Source: an uncultured Candidatus Saccharibacteria bacterium (lineage in GTDB: Bacteria; Patescibacteriota; Minisyncoccia; UBA6257; Colwellbacteraceae). From it: DNA of 33,319 nt. Below, in pieces: positions 1 to 8,727 of the stretch. Position numbers and translations under genes: made by a program. The stretch is from the NCBI GenBank assembly GCA_964361435.1, contig CAYIAN010000001.1:1-33319 (forward strand), in the 5' to 3' direction. The notes below the pieces were generated by a model. That model worked only from the letters and a program-made list of their open reading frames with translations. It had not been told where the DNA came from and searched no databases. Each line of letters begins with the position of its first letter. Position 1 is the first letter of the stretch.

Positions 1-476
1 AAGATGGCTACGAAGTCCTGAAGGAGTAAAAACCCGACCACGATCCTTCCGTAAAGGCTGGTGAGCTCTTTCTTTTCAGAAAGGAGCTTCACGACAATGA
101 TGGTCGATGAGAAAGTCAGGGCAATTGATATGTAAATGGCTGGGATAGTGGCGAATCCTAGGGCCGTAGTGATAAAATATCCGATACCAAAAGTGAAAAT
201 GATCTGTCCGAGTCCTGTAATTAAAGCAGGCAACCCAACACTTCTTAAGCTTTTAAAATCCAACTCTAGCCCCACCAGAAAAAGGAGAAGCGCTACTCCA
301 ATGGGCGCCAAACCTTCAATAAATTCTACCCCTCCCAGTTCAGGGTTGGACAAAAATCCCACAGCCAATCCAGCAAAGATAAATCCGATAATAGGAGGCT
401 GGCGTAGTAGGTGAGCTACAAACCCAAACACTGCGGCCAAAACCAAAGCAATAGTAATTTCTGTGAATAAAGGCAT
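1..476 (-). CDS. Cation:proton antiporter (CPA2/Kef-type), N-terminal part; the gene runs off the left edge
   Basis: Absent from the ORF track because it is open-ended. The reverse complement from ATG (476..474) translates MPLFTEITIALVLAAVFGFVAHLLRQPPIIGFIFAGLAVGFLSNPELGG...GLELDFKSLRSVG...LLLQDFVAI. These are consecutive TM helices with the N-terminal pattern typical of Na+/H+ or K+/H+ exchanger family proteins. The 136..414 + ORF is its antisense shadow. Confidence 0.7.
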   Translation of the reverse strand, partial: MPLFTEITIALVLAAVFGFVAHLLRQPPIIGFIFAGLAVGFLSNPELGGVEFIEGLAPIGVALLLFLVGLELDFKSLRSVGLPALITGLGQIIFTFGIGYFITTALGFATIPAIYISIALTFSSTIIVVKLLSEKKELTSLYGRIVVGFLLLQDFVAI

Positions 477-483
477 TTAGATC

Positions 484-735
484 CTAGACTTCGCACACTT
501 CGTCTCCCGCTCGCACCTTATCTTTCACCTTCACCCCCACCTCCTTTCCCTTCTTGGCCTCCTCAACCTCCTTGTGGTCGAACTGCATTGAATCGAGTGT
601 TTGTTCGAAGTCGGTCGTAGCACCTTTGAAGTGTACTTTCTCTCCTGCCTTTACCGTTCTGTTGAATTTCACCACGGCCACCTTCAAATCACCGTAGTAG
701 TGTGTTACCTCCCCAATTGATTTACGTTTTTCCAT
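484..735 (-). CDS. Small EF-Tu domain-2-like beta-barrel protein ('translation elongation factor-like protein')
   Basis: 83 aa. GEVTHYYGDLKVAVVKF...AGEKVHFKGATTDFEQTLDSMQFDHKEVEEAKKGKEVGVKVKDKVRAGDEVCEV matches, from memory, the conserved stand-alone EF-like barrel proteins of archaea and small-genome bacteria. Confidence 0.5.
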   Translation of the reverse strand: MEKRKSIGEVTHYYGDLKVAVVKFNRTVKAGEKVHFKGATTDFEQTLDSMQFDHKEVEEAKKGKEVGVKVKDKVRAGDEVCEV

Positions 736-759
736 ATCTTAGTAAATATGATTAGACCT

Positions 760-1362
760 TTAATCGATATTCTTCCTTTTAAGCGTACCATTTGTCCCCT
801 TGTCTTTCTTAATTATCTCTATAAGCTTTTCCACTAAGGCCCTCGGATCGTTCTCGAATATGATCTTATCTTTCATCTCTTCGGCCCTATACGACTTTTC
901 GATAATGGCCTTAATTAGTTCATCCGTATCCCAAGACCCCTCCAAAATCCCCAAGGGCTTCCTATCCTCAAAGGCAATAGTAAATTCATTAATGGTCCCT
1001 ACCCTCCCACATCCGCTTATAACTGCATCTGCCGCTCTCGTCAAAATTAAGTTTCTTCCTGAATATCCAAAACCAGTATAGACAATGAGGTCTCTATAAT
1101 CTATGGGTAAGCCATAGCTTTCAATGTGCTCCCTTTCGGTGTGAGCGGGGGAGAAGCCAACCACCACTCCTCCTGCCTCTTTTGCCCCCTTAGCCGCAAA
1201 ATACGGGAAGCCTGTGGTCGCCCCCTCCACGAGAATGCAATTGTGGCGAGCTATTTCTTTGCCAAGATTATACGCAACTTCAAAGGCGTCTTCTCCGCAG
1301 TGCCCAGTTTCGGCAGCTCCAGATACGCAGATCTTGAACCTTGGATTGTCTCCCAATGTCAT
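760..1362 (-). CDS. TIGR00725 / LOG-SLOG-like Rossmann-fold protein
   Basis: 200 aa. KICVSGAA...LGKEIARHNCILVEGATTGFPYFAAKGAKEAGGVVVGFSP...SGRNLILTRAADAVISGCGRVGTINEFTIAF follows the GG..G-M/GA..AGG..iG / RN / G..GT..E pattern of the LOG/DprA-like fold. Confidence 0.55.
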   Translation of the reverse strand: MTLGDNPRFKICVSGAAETGHCGEDAFEVAYNLGKEIARHNCILVEGATTGFPYFAAKGAKEAGGVVVGFSPAHTEREHIESYGLPIDYRDLIVYTGFGYSGRNLILTRAADAVISGCGRVGTINEFTIAFEDRKPLGILEGSWDTDELIKAIIEKSYRAEEMKDKIIFENDPRALVEKLIEIIKKDKGTNGTLKRKNID

Positions 1363-1376
1363 ATAGGAAGTATAAT

Positions 1377-2732
1377 CTACAACTCGACACTATCGCCAAT
1401 CTGGGGAACTACCGCCTCTATCGCTAGCTTGTCTTCAATGGCTACCTCTAGAATACTCATTTGGTCTTCTTCTCCTTGGACTATAAAAACCCTTTTTAGA
1501 GTTTCTCTCATGGGACGCAGCCAACCCAGTAAATCATTCTGGTCAGCGTGGGAGCTATATCCTCCAATAGCCTTCACTTGGGCCCTAACCGGCACTTCTT
1601 CTCCCACAATCTTCACACTCTTTGCTCCATCTAGAATAACTCTTCCCAAGGACCCGTGTGCTTGATATCCGATAATAAGGAGAGTATTTTTTTCGTCTTT
1701 AAGATAGTGAGCTTCGTGGCGTACTATCCTTCCTCCATTAGACATGCCGCTGCCAGCGATAATTATCTTGGGGCCCTTTTTTTCGACAATTCTTTTAGAG
1801 TCTTCTGTTTTTAAAACAAACTCTAACCCGGGAAAACGAAATATAGCGTCTCCCTTGCGGAAAAGCTCTATAGACTTTTTGTCTATGTACTCTGAGTTAT
1901 TCGCGTATTTGTGGTATATCGCCGTTAATTTGATAGCCAAGGGGCTATCTAAAAATACTGGAATTTGGGGAATGCGCCCTGCCTCAATTAAATTATTTAA
2001 TTCGTACAGAAGTTCTTGGGTGCGTTCCATTGCAAAGGCGGGAATCATTAATGTTCCGCCCCCTTTAACTGTCTCCTCAATCACATTTTCTAGAATTTGT
2101 TTACGTTGATCTTTATCTTCGTGCAGACGTCCCCCATATGCAGATTCAATTAGAACGTAATCTGCCCCTTCAATTTTCTCTGGATTTTTTACCAGAGGCG
2201 CCGGAGAGTTGCCTATATCTCCTGAAAATAGAATTTTCTTCCCTTCGGTTTCTACCAATATGGAGGCAGAACCCAGAATATGCCCCGCATCAAAAAATTG
2301 GATCTTTAGATCTTTCAAAAGGATTTCTTTATGATATCCTGTGGTTTTCCATAGACTCAAAAGTCCGTCAATATCTTTGTCGTCGTAAAGTATTTCTTTT
2401 CCTGCATTCTTAGCTTCTCTAAGAAGGAGATCTTGGGAGTCTCTTAAAAGTTCTTCGGCGAACTCTTTTGTGGGCTCGGTTGAAAACACATCTCCCCTGA
2501 ACCCCATTTTGTAAAGTCTAGGAGCTCTCCCTACGTGGTCTATATGGGCGTGGGTCACAAAGAGAGCGTCAATCGTCTTTGGGTCGTAAGAGAAGGGCGT
2601 ATAGTTTTCTTCTTCGCACATTCTACCACCCTGACGTAAACCACAGTCAATTAAAATCTTGCTCTCTCCCGTCTCTAGAAGATAGTTTGCTCCGGTCACT
2701 GCCCTAGCGCCCCCCGCAAAAGTAAGTTTCAT
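1377..2732 (-). CDS. Beta-CASP metallo-beta-lactamase-fold RNA-metabolising hydrolase (CPSF/RNase J-like)
   Basis: 451 aa. It has the HxHxDH motif (THAHIDHVGR), downstream His/Asp motifs (FDAGHILGSA, GGYSSHADQ) and a beta-CASP insert. Its start overlaps the upstream gene's stop by 4 nt (ATGA). Confidence 0.8.
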   Translation of the reverse strand: MKLTFAGGARAVTGANYLLETGESKILIDCGLRQGGRMCEEENYTPFSYDPKTIDALFVTHAHIDHVGRAPRLYKMGFRGDVFSTEPTKEFAEELLRDSQDLLLREAKNAGKEILYDDKDIDGLLSLWKTTGYHKEILLKDLKIQFFDAGHILGSASILVETEGKKILFSGDIGNSPAPLVKNPEKIEGADYVLIESAYGGRLHEDKDQRKQILENVIEETVKGGGTLMIPAFAMERTQELLYELNNLIEAGRIPQIPVFLDSPLAIKLTAIYHKYANNSEYIDKKSIELFRKGDAIFRFPGLEFVLKTEDSKRIVEKKGPKIIIAGSGMSNGGRIVRHEAHYLKDEKNTLLIIGYQAHGSLGRVILDGAKSVKIVGEEVPVRAQVKAIGGYSSHADQNDLLGWLRPMRETLKRVFIVQGEEDQMSILEVAIEDKLAIEAVVPQIGDSVEL

Positions 2733-3949
2733 TTCCTAAGTAGTTCTTTAACGACTCCTACATCCGACCAGGGGATGCGCTTTCCCTTAGCTATTCTGAT
2801 GTAAGGTTCGCTGCCCTTGCCGGTTACAACCACCACATCCCCCCTTTGAGCTAAATCCAAAGCCGCCCTTATGGCCTGCCGCCTGTCTAAAATCTTTTTC
2901 ACCTTGTGTTTGTCTTTTATCCCTCTTTCTATTTCTTCCAAAATTTGAGTTGGATCTTCATCTACCGGGTCTTCATCCGTAAGAATTATTTCCTCACAGT
3001 ACTTTGCCGCAATCTCACCCATTTTCGGACGCTTCCACCTATCTCTTCCCCCCAAGGGACCAAGTGCTCCCATAGAGCCAAAAACGCCAATCAGATTTCC
3101 CTTAAACATTTTTTTCACGCTAGTGTATACCGCCTCCAACGAATCCGGGGTGTGGGCGTAATCGACAATTACTCCAAACGGTCGCTCTTGCAAAATCTCC
3201 ATCCTTCCTGGAACACCGGCAAATTCTCTAAATGCTTTCTCAATGTCTTTTTCACTAATTTCCAGGAAGCGCAGAATGGCCTCGGCGAGACCCGCGTTTT
3301 GCAGATTGAAATCTCCGGGCATTTTAAGCTCCTTATTGGTCTTGGTAGTCAAAACCACACTCTCGCTATCCACTGCATTAATAAAATAATTGGCATTATC
3401 ATCATCTTGGTTTATAAAAAACCTCACGTCCTTTTTTGAAGAATATCTTTCTACATCTTCAAAAAATTTAAGCTTGGCGTCCCGATAGTTTTCAAATCCT
3501 CCGTGAGATTCAATGTGTTCTGGATGTAAATTCACGAACGCAGCCGCATCGAAATCAATAAATCTATGTCTAGATTGCACAATTCCCTCGGAGACCACCT
3601 CTAGAAGAGCGTACTCGCATCCGACCTTGAGTCCATCCGCCATGAGTTTTTGCAAAAACCCTCTTCCGGGCATCGTATTCCCCGTACTATTTGGTTTACT
3701 CCGATCCCCCACCTTAAATCTTACGGATGAGGCTAGGGTAGTTTTCTTGCCAGCAACTTCCAGTCCTGCATTTATCAACTCTAGTGTGGTCGATTTGCCT
3801 TTGGTGCCAGTTACTCCGATCACTTTCAATTTTTTTGATGGGAATCCAGAAAATAATGCACCGCCAAATGCTAACGCTATATGATACAGACTTAATACTC
3901 CCAAAGGTTTGAGGACTTTAGTTAAGATGTATTTAAGGGTTCTTACCAT
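2729..3949 (-). CDS. murE: Mur ligase family protein, MurE-like (UDP-MurNAc-tripeptide synthetase), lacking the canonical N-terminal domain
   Basis: 406 aa. It has the P-loop VIGVTGTKGKSTT, a MurE-like central block (NTMPGRGFLQKLM...GCEYALLEVVSEGIVQSRH...FVNLHPEHIESHGGFENYRDAKLKFF) and a C-terminal DRRQAIRAALDLAQRGDVVVVTGKGSEPY. The N-terminus is a hydrophobic segment instead of domain 1. Confidence 0.65.
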   Translation of the reverse strand: MVRTLKYILTKVLKPLGVLSLYHIALAFGGALFSGFPSKKLKVIGVTGTKGKSTTLELINAGLEVAGKKTTLASSVRFKVGDRSKPNSTGNTMPGRGFLQKLMADGLKVGCEYALLEVVSEGIVQSRHRFIDFDAAAFVNLHPEHIESHGGFENYRDAKLKFFEDVERYSSKKDVRFFINQDDDNANYFINAVDSESVVLTTKTNKELKMPGDFNLQNAGLAEAILRFLEISEKDIEKAFREFAGVPGRMEILQERPFGVIVDYAHTPDSLEAVYTSVKKMFKGNLIGVFGSMGALGPLGGRDRWKRPKMGEIAAKYCEEIILTDEDPVDEDPTQILEEIERGIKDKHKVKKILDRRQAIRAALDLAQRGDVVVVTGKGSEPYIRIAKGKRIPWSDVGVVKELLRK

Positions 3950-4521
3950 TAATTTTTAATTAAACGCAGCGCTTCTTTAAGGCGATCCCGTACATCCGTA
4001 AGTTTGGGATCAATATCCCTAAGTACTTCCTCTGCTTTTCTTCTTGGGTACCCAAGACTTAGGAGAGCTTCAAAAACATCCTGGTCAGACTCGGCAAGAC
4101 GCACAGCATCCTTTCCCCCAGATGGGGCTACTTTATCTTTAAGCTCCACTATAATGCGCTCCGCTGTTTTCCTTCCCACTCCAGATGAACGTCTCAAGAG
4201 CTCCGGCTCTCCTTTGGCTATCGCCGCAGTAATTTGATCCACCGAGCCCACGCTCAATATGGACATAGCTGACTTGGGGCCCACTCCAGAAACCGAAATA
4301 AGGGCTTCAAAGAGTTGCAGTCCTTCTTCTGCAAAAAAACCAAAAAGATCCATTCCCCCCTCTCTAACGTTTAGATAAGTATAAACGCTGATATTTTGCC
4401 CCTCTCTGGGGAGTCTTTCTTCATTGAGAGAAATATAGACCTTATAGGCCACACCCCCTACGTCTATTACAACATAGTTGAGGCCTAGAGCTTTTACTTT
4501 GCCGGACAATCCATGAATCAT
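3949..4521 (-). CDS. ruvA: Holliday junction branch-migration complex subunit RuvA
   Basis: MIHGLSGKV...VIDVGGVAYKV (OB domain), the HhH region SVSGVGPKSAMSILS / SGVGRKTAERIIVELKDK, and C-terminal domain III. I prefer the internal ATG at 4521 over the track start at 4560 because a TTGAGA-17-TATAAT promoter lies inside the 4522..4560 extension. Confidence 0.85.
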   Translation of the reverse strand: MIHGLSGKVKALGLNYVVIDVGGVAYKVYISLNEERLPREGQNISVYTYLNVREGGMDLFGFFAEEGLQLFEALISVSGVGPKSAMSILSVGSVDQITAAIAKGEPELLRRSSGVGRKTAERIIVELKDKVAPSGGKDAVRLAESDQDVFEALLSLGYPRRKAEEVLRDIDPKLTDVRDRLKEALRLIKN

Positions 4522-4531
4522 AGCTACCTCA

Positions 4532-4560
4532 ATTATATGGGCCCCTATTGGCTTTCTCAA
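4532..4560 (-). promoter_or_regulatory. Sigma70-like promoter for the ruvA-murE-betaCASP operon
   Basis: On the minus strand: TTGAGA (4560..4555), a 17-nt spacer, TATAAT (4537..4532), then 10 nt (tGAGGtagct) to ATG 4521. Confidence 0.5.
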
Positions 4561-4584
4561 TTGACGGTGAGTACAATAAGTGAA

Positions 4585-4917
4585 ATGGCCATTCCGAAAG
4601 ATAAGCTAGATCAATTAAAACAAACTCTTCTGGGAGAGAAAAAACGCATTGAAGAGAATATTAAAGTTCTGGGTAAAGACATGGATTTTGGTGATTCTCC
4701 CGGAGTAGACAACGAAGAAGCGGATGAAAGCGAAGAGGCAATCAATACGTTGGCAACCATTAAAACTTTAAAAGAAAGGGTAACTAATATTGATATAGCT
4801 TTGGGTAGAATGGAATTTGGAACCTACGGAGTATGCGAAGACTGTGGGAAAGAAATAGAGCCTGAGCTACTAAATGCGAATCCAGAAAGCGCTGTTTGCA
4901 AGGGGTGCAAGGACTAG
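4585..4917 (+). CDS. TraR/DksA family C4-type zinc-finger protein
   Basis: A coiled-coil N-terminus is followed by GVCEDCGKEIEPELLNANPESAVCKGCK (CxxC-17-CxxC). I chose ATG 4585 (MAIPKDKL...) because TACAAT lies at 4572..4577, 7 nt upstream. The track extension 4513..4584 overlaps ruvA. Confidence 0.75.
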   Translation: MAIPKDKLDQLKQTLLGEKKRIEENIKVLGKDMDFGDSPGVDNEEADESEEAINTLATIKTLKERVTNIDIALGRMEFGTYGVCEDCGKEIEPELLNANPESAVCKGCKD

Positions 4918-5032
4918 GTCTTAATCTAGTAACGCAGGATTAGGTAATCTCCGAAGTTTGTATAAACAGTACAGTAGAGTAGAAAAAGTTCTGCAAACAA
5001 TAAACGCCTGTGGATGAAGGGTGGGTGCATTT

Positions 5033-5887
5033 TTATTTCACGAATGGATTGGAAGCACCTAATACTCCAAAGTGCACGTGACACCCAGTACTTCCGCGAG
5101 TGAACCCAGTGCTCCCCACATTTCCAATGTGTTCACCCTGTGAAACTTGTTCTCCGACCTCAACAATATTTCCCAAATTGTGCGCGTAAAGAGTGCGTGT
5201 GCCGTTGGGGTGACTTATAATAACGTACCCTCCGTACCCACTGTTATAATTGGCGGGATCGCCCACTCGCGTAACCGTCCCTTCAGCTGCTGCGTAAATT
5301 TCTGATCCGCAAGCCTTAGAAAAATCGACTGCGGGCATATACTTTGAATCATGTAAAATCCCCCAGTTTAACCCCCCATCCACCGGACGGATAAAGTATG
5401 CATTCTCCGCTACTGTGCCTATACTCTCTGTATTTTTTGTTATAACCCTGCCACTTTTCGAAACGGGTAATATGGCGAGTTCCTCTCCGGGACGGATCAA
5501 GCTACTACCCTTATCGTTTGCTTCTAAAATATCACCTACTGAGATGCCAAAGGTTGTGGCAATGCTCGATAGGGTATCTCCGTCTTCGACGGTATAAGTT
5601 AGAACATCTTCTTCCCCAACTCTGTCCTTTAAAGAGTCTCCCGTACCAGATAGAGAGCTTTTCTCAACCAACGCGAATCCAGCAAAATCAGCATAGGCAT
5701 CCGTATGGTCAATCTCCTCTACTGGTCCGGCATTACTTAATAAAGCACCGGCTTCTGAGTTTACAAGTAGATCTTCCTCTATTAACCGCGGGTCCGGGGA
5801 AGAGGCTGGAGTAGCCTGCCTAAAAAAGGCCAGATCGGTCATTAAGACTCCTAAAATAAGGATTACCGGTAGGGTCACACCGCGCAA
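5033..5887 (-). CDS. LysM domain-containing M23 family metallopeptidase (start uncertain)
   Basis: LysM: YTVEDGDTLSSIATTFGISVGDILEAN. M23: VISHPNGTRTLYAHN...GEHIGNVGSTGFTRGSTGCHVHFGV. The track ORF extends to 6223 but would overlap the uvrD start by 255 nt. In-frame TTG 5887, GTG 5878 or ATG 5842 lie just before or within the single TM (VTLPVILILGVLM). Confidence 0.8.
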   Translation of the reverse strand: MRGVTLPVILILGVLMTDLAFFRQATPASSPDPRLIEEDLLVNSEAGALLSNAGPVEEIDHTDAYADFAGFALVEKSSLSGTGDSLKDRVGEEDVLTYTVEDGDTLSSIATTFGISVGDILEANDKGSSLIRPGEELAILPVSKSGRVITKNTESIGTVAENAYFIRPVDGGLNWGILHDSKYMPAVDFSKACGSEIYAAAEGTVTRVGDPANYNSGYGGYVIISHPNGTRTLYAHNLGNIVEVGEQVSQGEHIGNVGSTGFTRGSTGCHVHFGVLGASNPFVK

Positions 5888-5968
5888 CCAGCTCGGTAAG
5901 TTTTGTGATATTCTACTAATAGTATAAGTAATAGTAATATCCTCCCCTAAGAAATCAAGCAAAAGACC

Positions 5969-7711
5969 ATGAATTTGAGTGATAGTCAAAAAGAGGCTGT
6001 ATGCCACGGTCAAGGCCCACTTTTGGTAACTGCTGGAGCTGGATCTGGGAAAACCCGCACTCTCACGGAACGTGTTATATACCTTATAAATTCCAAGGTG
6101 GATCCGGAGCGGATTGTGGCCATTACCTTCACCAATAAGGCGGCTGATGAGATGCGCAAGCGCATCCTTGAGGGGGTTCACCGCACTGGCAAAAAGAAAC
6201 TTCCCTATATTGGAACCTTCCACGCTTTCGGTGCACGCATTCTACGCAAAGAAGCCAAAAGCCTAACGCGCAATCACGGTTTTTCTATATTCGATGACGA
6301 TGATTCACTAAGAGTTATCAAAAAGTCGGTCAAATCTCTTGGGCTTCCAGAAAATATAAAAATCTCTTCTGCGCTTTTCCTTAAGGATATATCAAATGCA
6401 AAGATGGAACTCTTAACTTCCGACAGCTTGGAGTCTCCCGTTAGAGAAGTTTTTTTAGATTATGAAGTTCGACTTAAAGAACAAAATGCTTTCGACTTTG
6501 ATGATTTAATAACTAAAGTTGTCGAGCTTTTGTCCGCAAACCCCGTGAAGCTCAAAAAATATCAGGATCAATTTGACCATATTCTTGTAGATGAGTACCA
6601 AGACATCAACCACGCTCAATATGTTTTAATAAAACTACTCTCCAAAGAACATGGAAATTTGAATGTAGTGGGAGACGACCAACAATCAATCTACGCTTTC
6701 CGAGGAGCCAACATTAAAACTTTTCTGGATTTTGAAAGGGATTGGCCCGGAGCAAAAATCGTTCATTTAGGAGAAAACTATCGCTCAACTTCAAACATAG
6801 TGGGGGCTGCCGCCAAAGTTATTGAAAATAATCGTCTCCAGATCAGAAAAAAACTCTGGACCCAAAACCCCAAAGGAGCACCCGTGTGTGTCCTGGGTAC
6901 CTACTCCGCAGAAGAGGAGGCAGACTCAATAGCTTCAAAAATAATATCAAAGGGGTTTAGAGATTCCGCCATTTTGTATCGCACCAATGCCCAGTCCCGG
7001 GCTCTTGAGCAGGCTCTCAATTTCAATTCTATTCCATACGAAATGTATGGAGGCGTTAAATTTTATGATCGAAAGGAGATTAAAGACATTTTGGCACCCC
7101 TACGGTATGCCCTAAATCCCAAAGATCAGATTAGTAGGGAAAGGATTGAGAAATCATTCTTGAAAAAAATCGGCGAAAGATTAATCAAAGAGCTTCCAGC
7201 AATGGCTAAAACACTAGGCTTAATGGAGTTAACTGGATACATCCTCAAGACCACCGATTACTTTGAATATTTGGTAAAAAAGTTTGATAACGCACTGGAG
7301 CGAACAGAGAATGTGCGCGAGTTGATTAGTTTTGCCTCCGGGTTTGATTCTTTGGAAGAATTTATGGAGCGCGTTGCTCTCCTCAATGCCAACGACAGTA
7401 TCAATCGACTGGGCGAAAAAGATGCTCCGGTGAAGCTGATGACCATCCACCTCGCCAAAGGTCTTGAGTTCGATGACGTTTACATCGCGGGCGTAAATGA
7501 CGGAACGCTTCCTCACCATCGCTCATTTTTCAACGAAGAAGATATCGAGGAGGAGAGAAGATTAATGTACGTTGCGATGACCAGGGCCAAAGAGAATCTG
7601 ACCTTAAGCTTCCACTCGATAGCCTCTCGTTTCTTGTATGAAATGCCTCCCGAGTTGATCAGCTTCAAAAAGGCAGGGCAGTTTGAGGAAGACGCTATTT
7701 ACTTAGATTAA
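5969..7711 (+). CDS. uvrD: UvrD/PcrA/Rep-family SF1 DNA helicase (compact, 580 aa)
   Basis: Helicase motifs are present: AGAGSGKT (I), TFTNKAADEM (Ia), VDEYQD (II), VVGDDQQSIYAFRGA (III), ENYRS (IV), TIHLAKGLEFD (V) and RRLMYVAMTRAK (VI). Confidence 0.85.
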   Translation: MNLSDSQKEAVCHGQGPLLVTAGAGSGKTRTLTERVIYLINSKVDPERIVAITFTNKAADEMRKRILEGVHRTGKKKLPYIGTFHAFGARILRKEAKSLTRNHGFSIFDDDDSLRVIKKSVKSLGLPENIKISSALFLKDISNAKMELLTSDSLESPVREVFLDYEVRLKEQNAFDFDDLITKVVELLSANPVKLKKYQDQFDHILVDEYQDINHAQYVLIKLLSKEHGNLNVVGDDQQSIYAFRGANIKTFLDFERDWPGAKIVHLGENYRSTSNIVGAAAKVIENNRLQIRKKLWTQNPKGAPVCVLGTYSAEEEADSIASKIISKGFRDSAILYRTNAQSRALEQALNFNSIPYEMYGGVKFYDRKEIKDILAPLRYALNPKDQISRERIEKSFLKKIGERLIKELPAMAKTLGLMELTGYILKTTDYFEYLVKKFDNALERTENVRELISFASGFDSLEEFMERVALLNANDSINRLGEKDAPVKLMTIHLAKGLEFDDVYIAGVNDGTLPHHRSFFNEEDIEEERRLMYVAMTRAKENLTLSFHSIASRFLYEMPPELISFKKAGQFEEDAIYLD

Positions 7712-7921
7712 ATGAACCTATCAAATCCTATTTTCATAATCTCTGGATCTAGTGGAACTGGAGAAAGAACTCTCATTAAAACTCTCTTGGAGCGCCACAG
7801 AGAATTTCAGCTCACTACCTCTGCCACCACCAGAGCGCGTCGCCCATCGGATAAACCAAGCGATTACTACTTTCTGACCGAAGAAGAATTCCAATGGCAG
7901 TCGAGGAGTTGGAAAAAATAA
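7712..7921 (+). pseudogene. gmk: Guanylate kinase N-terminal remnant (69 aa, degenerate P-loop)
   Basis: IFIISGSSGTGERTLIKTLL...TTSATTRARRPSDKPSDYYFLTEEEF aligns with the Gmk pattern GPSGxGKsTL...TTRxPRxGExxGxxYxFvs. The Walker Lys is Glu here (GTGERT), and the frame stops after 69 codons. rsmA starts 10 nt later. Confidence 0.6.
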
Positions 7922-7930
7922 TAAGCACCC

Positions 7931-8692
7931 GTGTTGGCTAAGAAATTTCTAGGGCAGAATTTTCTCAAAGACCACAAAGTTCTTGAGCGTATTGCCGAAG
8001 CTTTAGAGATAAAGGAGGGTGATACTGTAGTGGAAATAGGCCCAGGACACGGAGAGCTCACCAGGAGAATCTTAAAATATTCTCCAAGTAAGCTTATGGC
8101 CATAGAAAAAGACGGTGAACTGATTGAATCTTTCTTGGGCGAATTAATTGATCAATACCCAAATTTAGAGGTTGTCCAAGCAGACGCCCTTAAACAAATT
8201 CCCCAGATAGACTATCCATACAAGTTGGTGGGAAATATCCCCTATTACATCACCGGACACCTATTGCGCATTCTTCAAGGACTCTCTCAAAAACCGTCCC
8301 TGATTGTGTTAACTCTTCAAAAAGAGGTGGCTAATAGGCTTTGTGCGGAGCCTCCCAAAATGAATCTTTTAGCTGCCACTATTCAACTTTGGGCGAAGCC
8401 ACAAATCATTAGATACATATCCAAAAAGTCCTTCAGACCGGCGCCCAAGGTAGATTCAGCTGTTGTTAAAATAACCCCTTTCGGCAATCAAAAAGTACAG
8501 GAGATCAGTGATGAATATTACAAAATAGTAAAGGTTCTTTTTAAACAACCCCGCAAGACTATTCTCAATAATCTACGCTCCCTTGGGGCCACCCCAGAAC
8601 AACTAGAAAAGTTTGGGCTGGATCCAAGACTCCGGCCCCAAAATCTATCTATAGAACAAATCAAAGGGCTTGCCCGTCTATTCACACATTAA
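7931..8692 (+). CDS. rsmA: 16S rRNA (adenine1518/1519-N6)-dimethyltransferase RsmA/KsgA
   Basis: GTG start. The protein has KKFLGQNFL, the SAM motif VVEIGPGHGELT, and GNIPYYIT. Confidence 0.9.
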   Translation: MLAKKFLGQNFLKDHKVLERIAEALEIKEGDTVVEIGPGHGELTRRILKYSPSKLMAIEKDGELIESFLGELIDQYPNLEVVQADALKQIPQIDYPYKLVGNIPYYITGHLLRILQGLSQKPSLIVLTLQKEVANRLCAEPPKMNLLAATIQLWAKPQIIRYISKKSFRPAPKVDSAVVKITPFGNQKVQEISDEYYKIVKVLFKQPRKTILNNLRSLGATPEQLEKFGLDPRLRPQNLSIEQIKGLARLFTH

Positions 8693-8707
8693 CCCGTAAA
8701 TAGGGCG

Positions 8708-8713
8708 TATAAT
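8708..8713 (+). promoter_or_regulatory. -10 box (TATAAT) upstream of the VirB6-like gene
   Basis: GCGTATAATT lies 14 nt upstream of ATG 8728. The same 10-mer, GCGTATAATT, precedes the VirB4 gene at 12987..12996. No convincing -35 was seen. Confidence 0.4.
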
Positions 8714-8727
8714 TACATAAATACCCC

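Noticed and set aside
136-414. 92-aa + strand ORF at the left edge
   Set aside because: The translation is low complexity and Pro/Ser/Lys-rich. It lies entirely antisense to a convincing open-ended antiporter gene (1..476, minus strand).
1126-1665. 179-aa + ORF, and similar long antisense ORFs (1744..2109, 2906..3439, 3513..3884, 18032..18658, 19537..19878, 24138..24470, 31249..31689, 32730..33188)
   Set aside because: Each lies wholly inside, and antisense to, a gene with clear family motifs. The translations are Ser/Leu/Pro/Arg-rich with no recognisable domains, as expected for shadow ORFs.
4918-5032. Possible terminator or small RNA in the 115-nt convergent gap between the DksA-like gene and the M23 peptidase gene
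   Set aside because: I could not find a convincing GC-rich stem followed by a T-tract on either strand, only weak 4-bp palindromes (CTAG...CTAG). This is insufficient to call.
5888-6223. N-terminal ~110 codons of the 396-aa track ORF for the M23 peptidase
   Set aside because: This stretch would overlap the well-supported uvrD start (5969, MNLSDSQKEAV...AGAGSGKT) by 255 nt on the opposite strand. It has no peptidase-related features. In-frame TTG, GTG and ATG starts just before or within the TM helix give a normal signal-anchor architecture.
7229-7519. Two overlapping minus-strand ORFs inside uvrD (7229..7519, 7258..7458)
   Set aside because: They are antisense to helicase motifs V and VI. 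No start-site signals or domain features are present.
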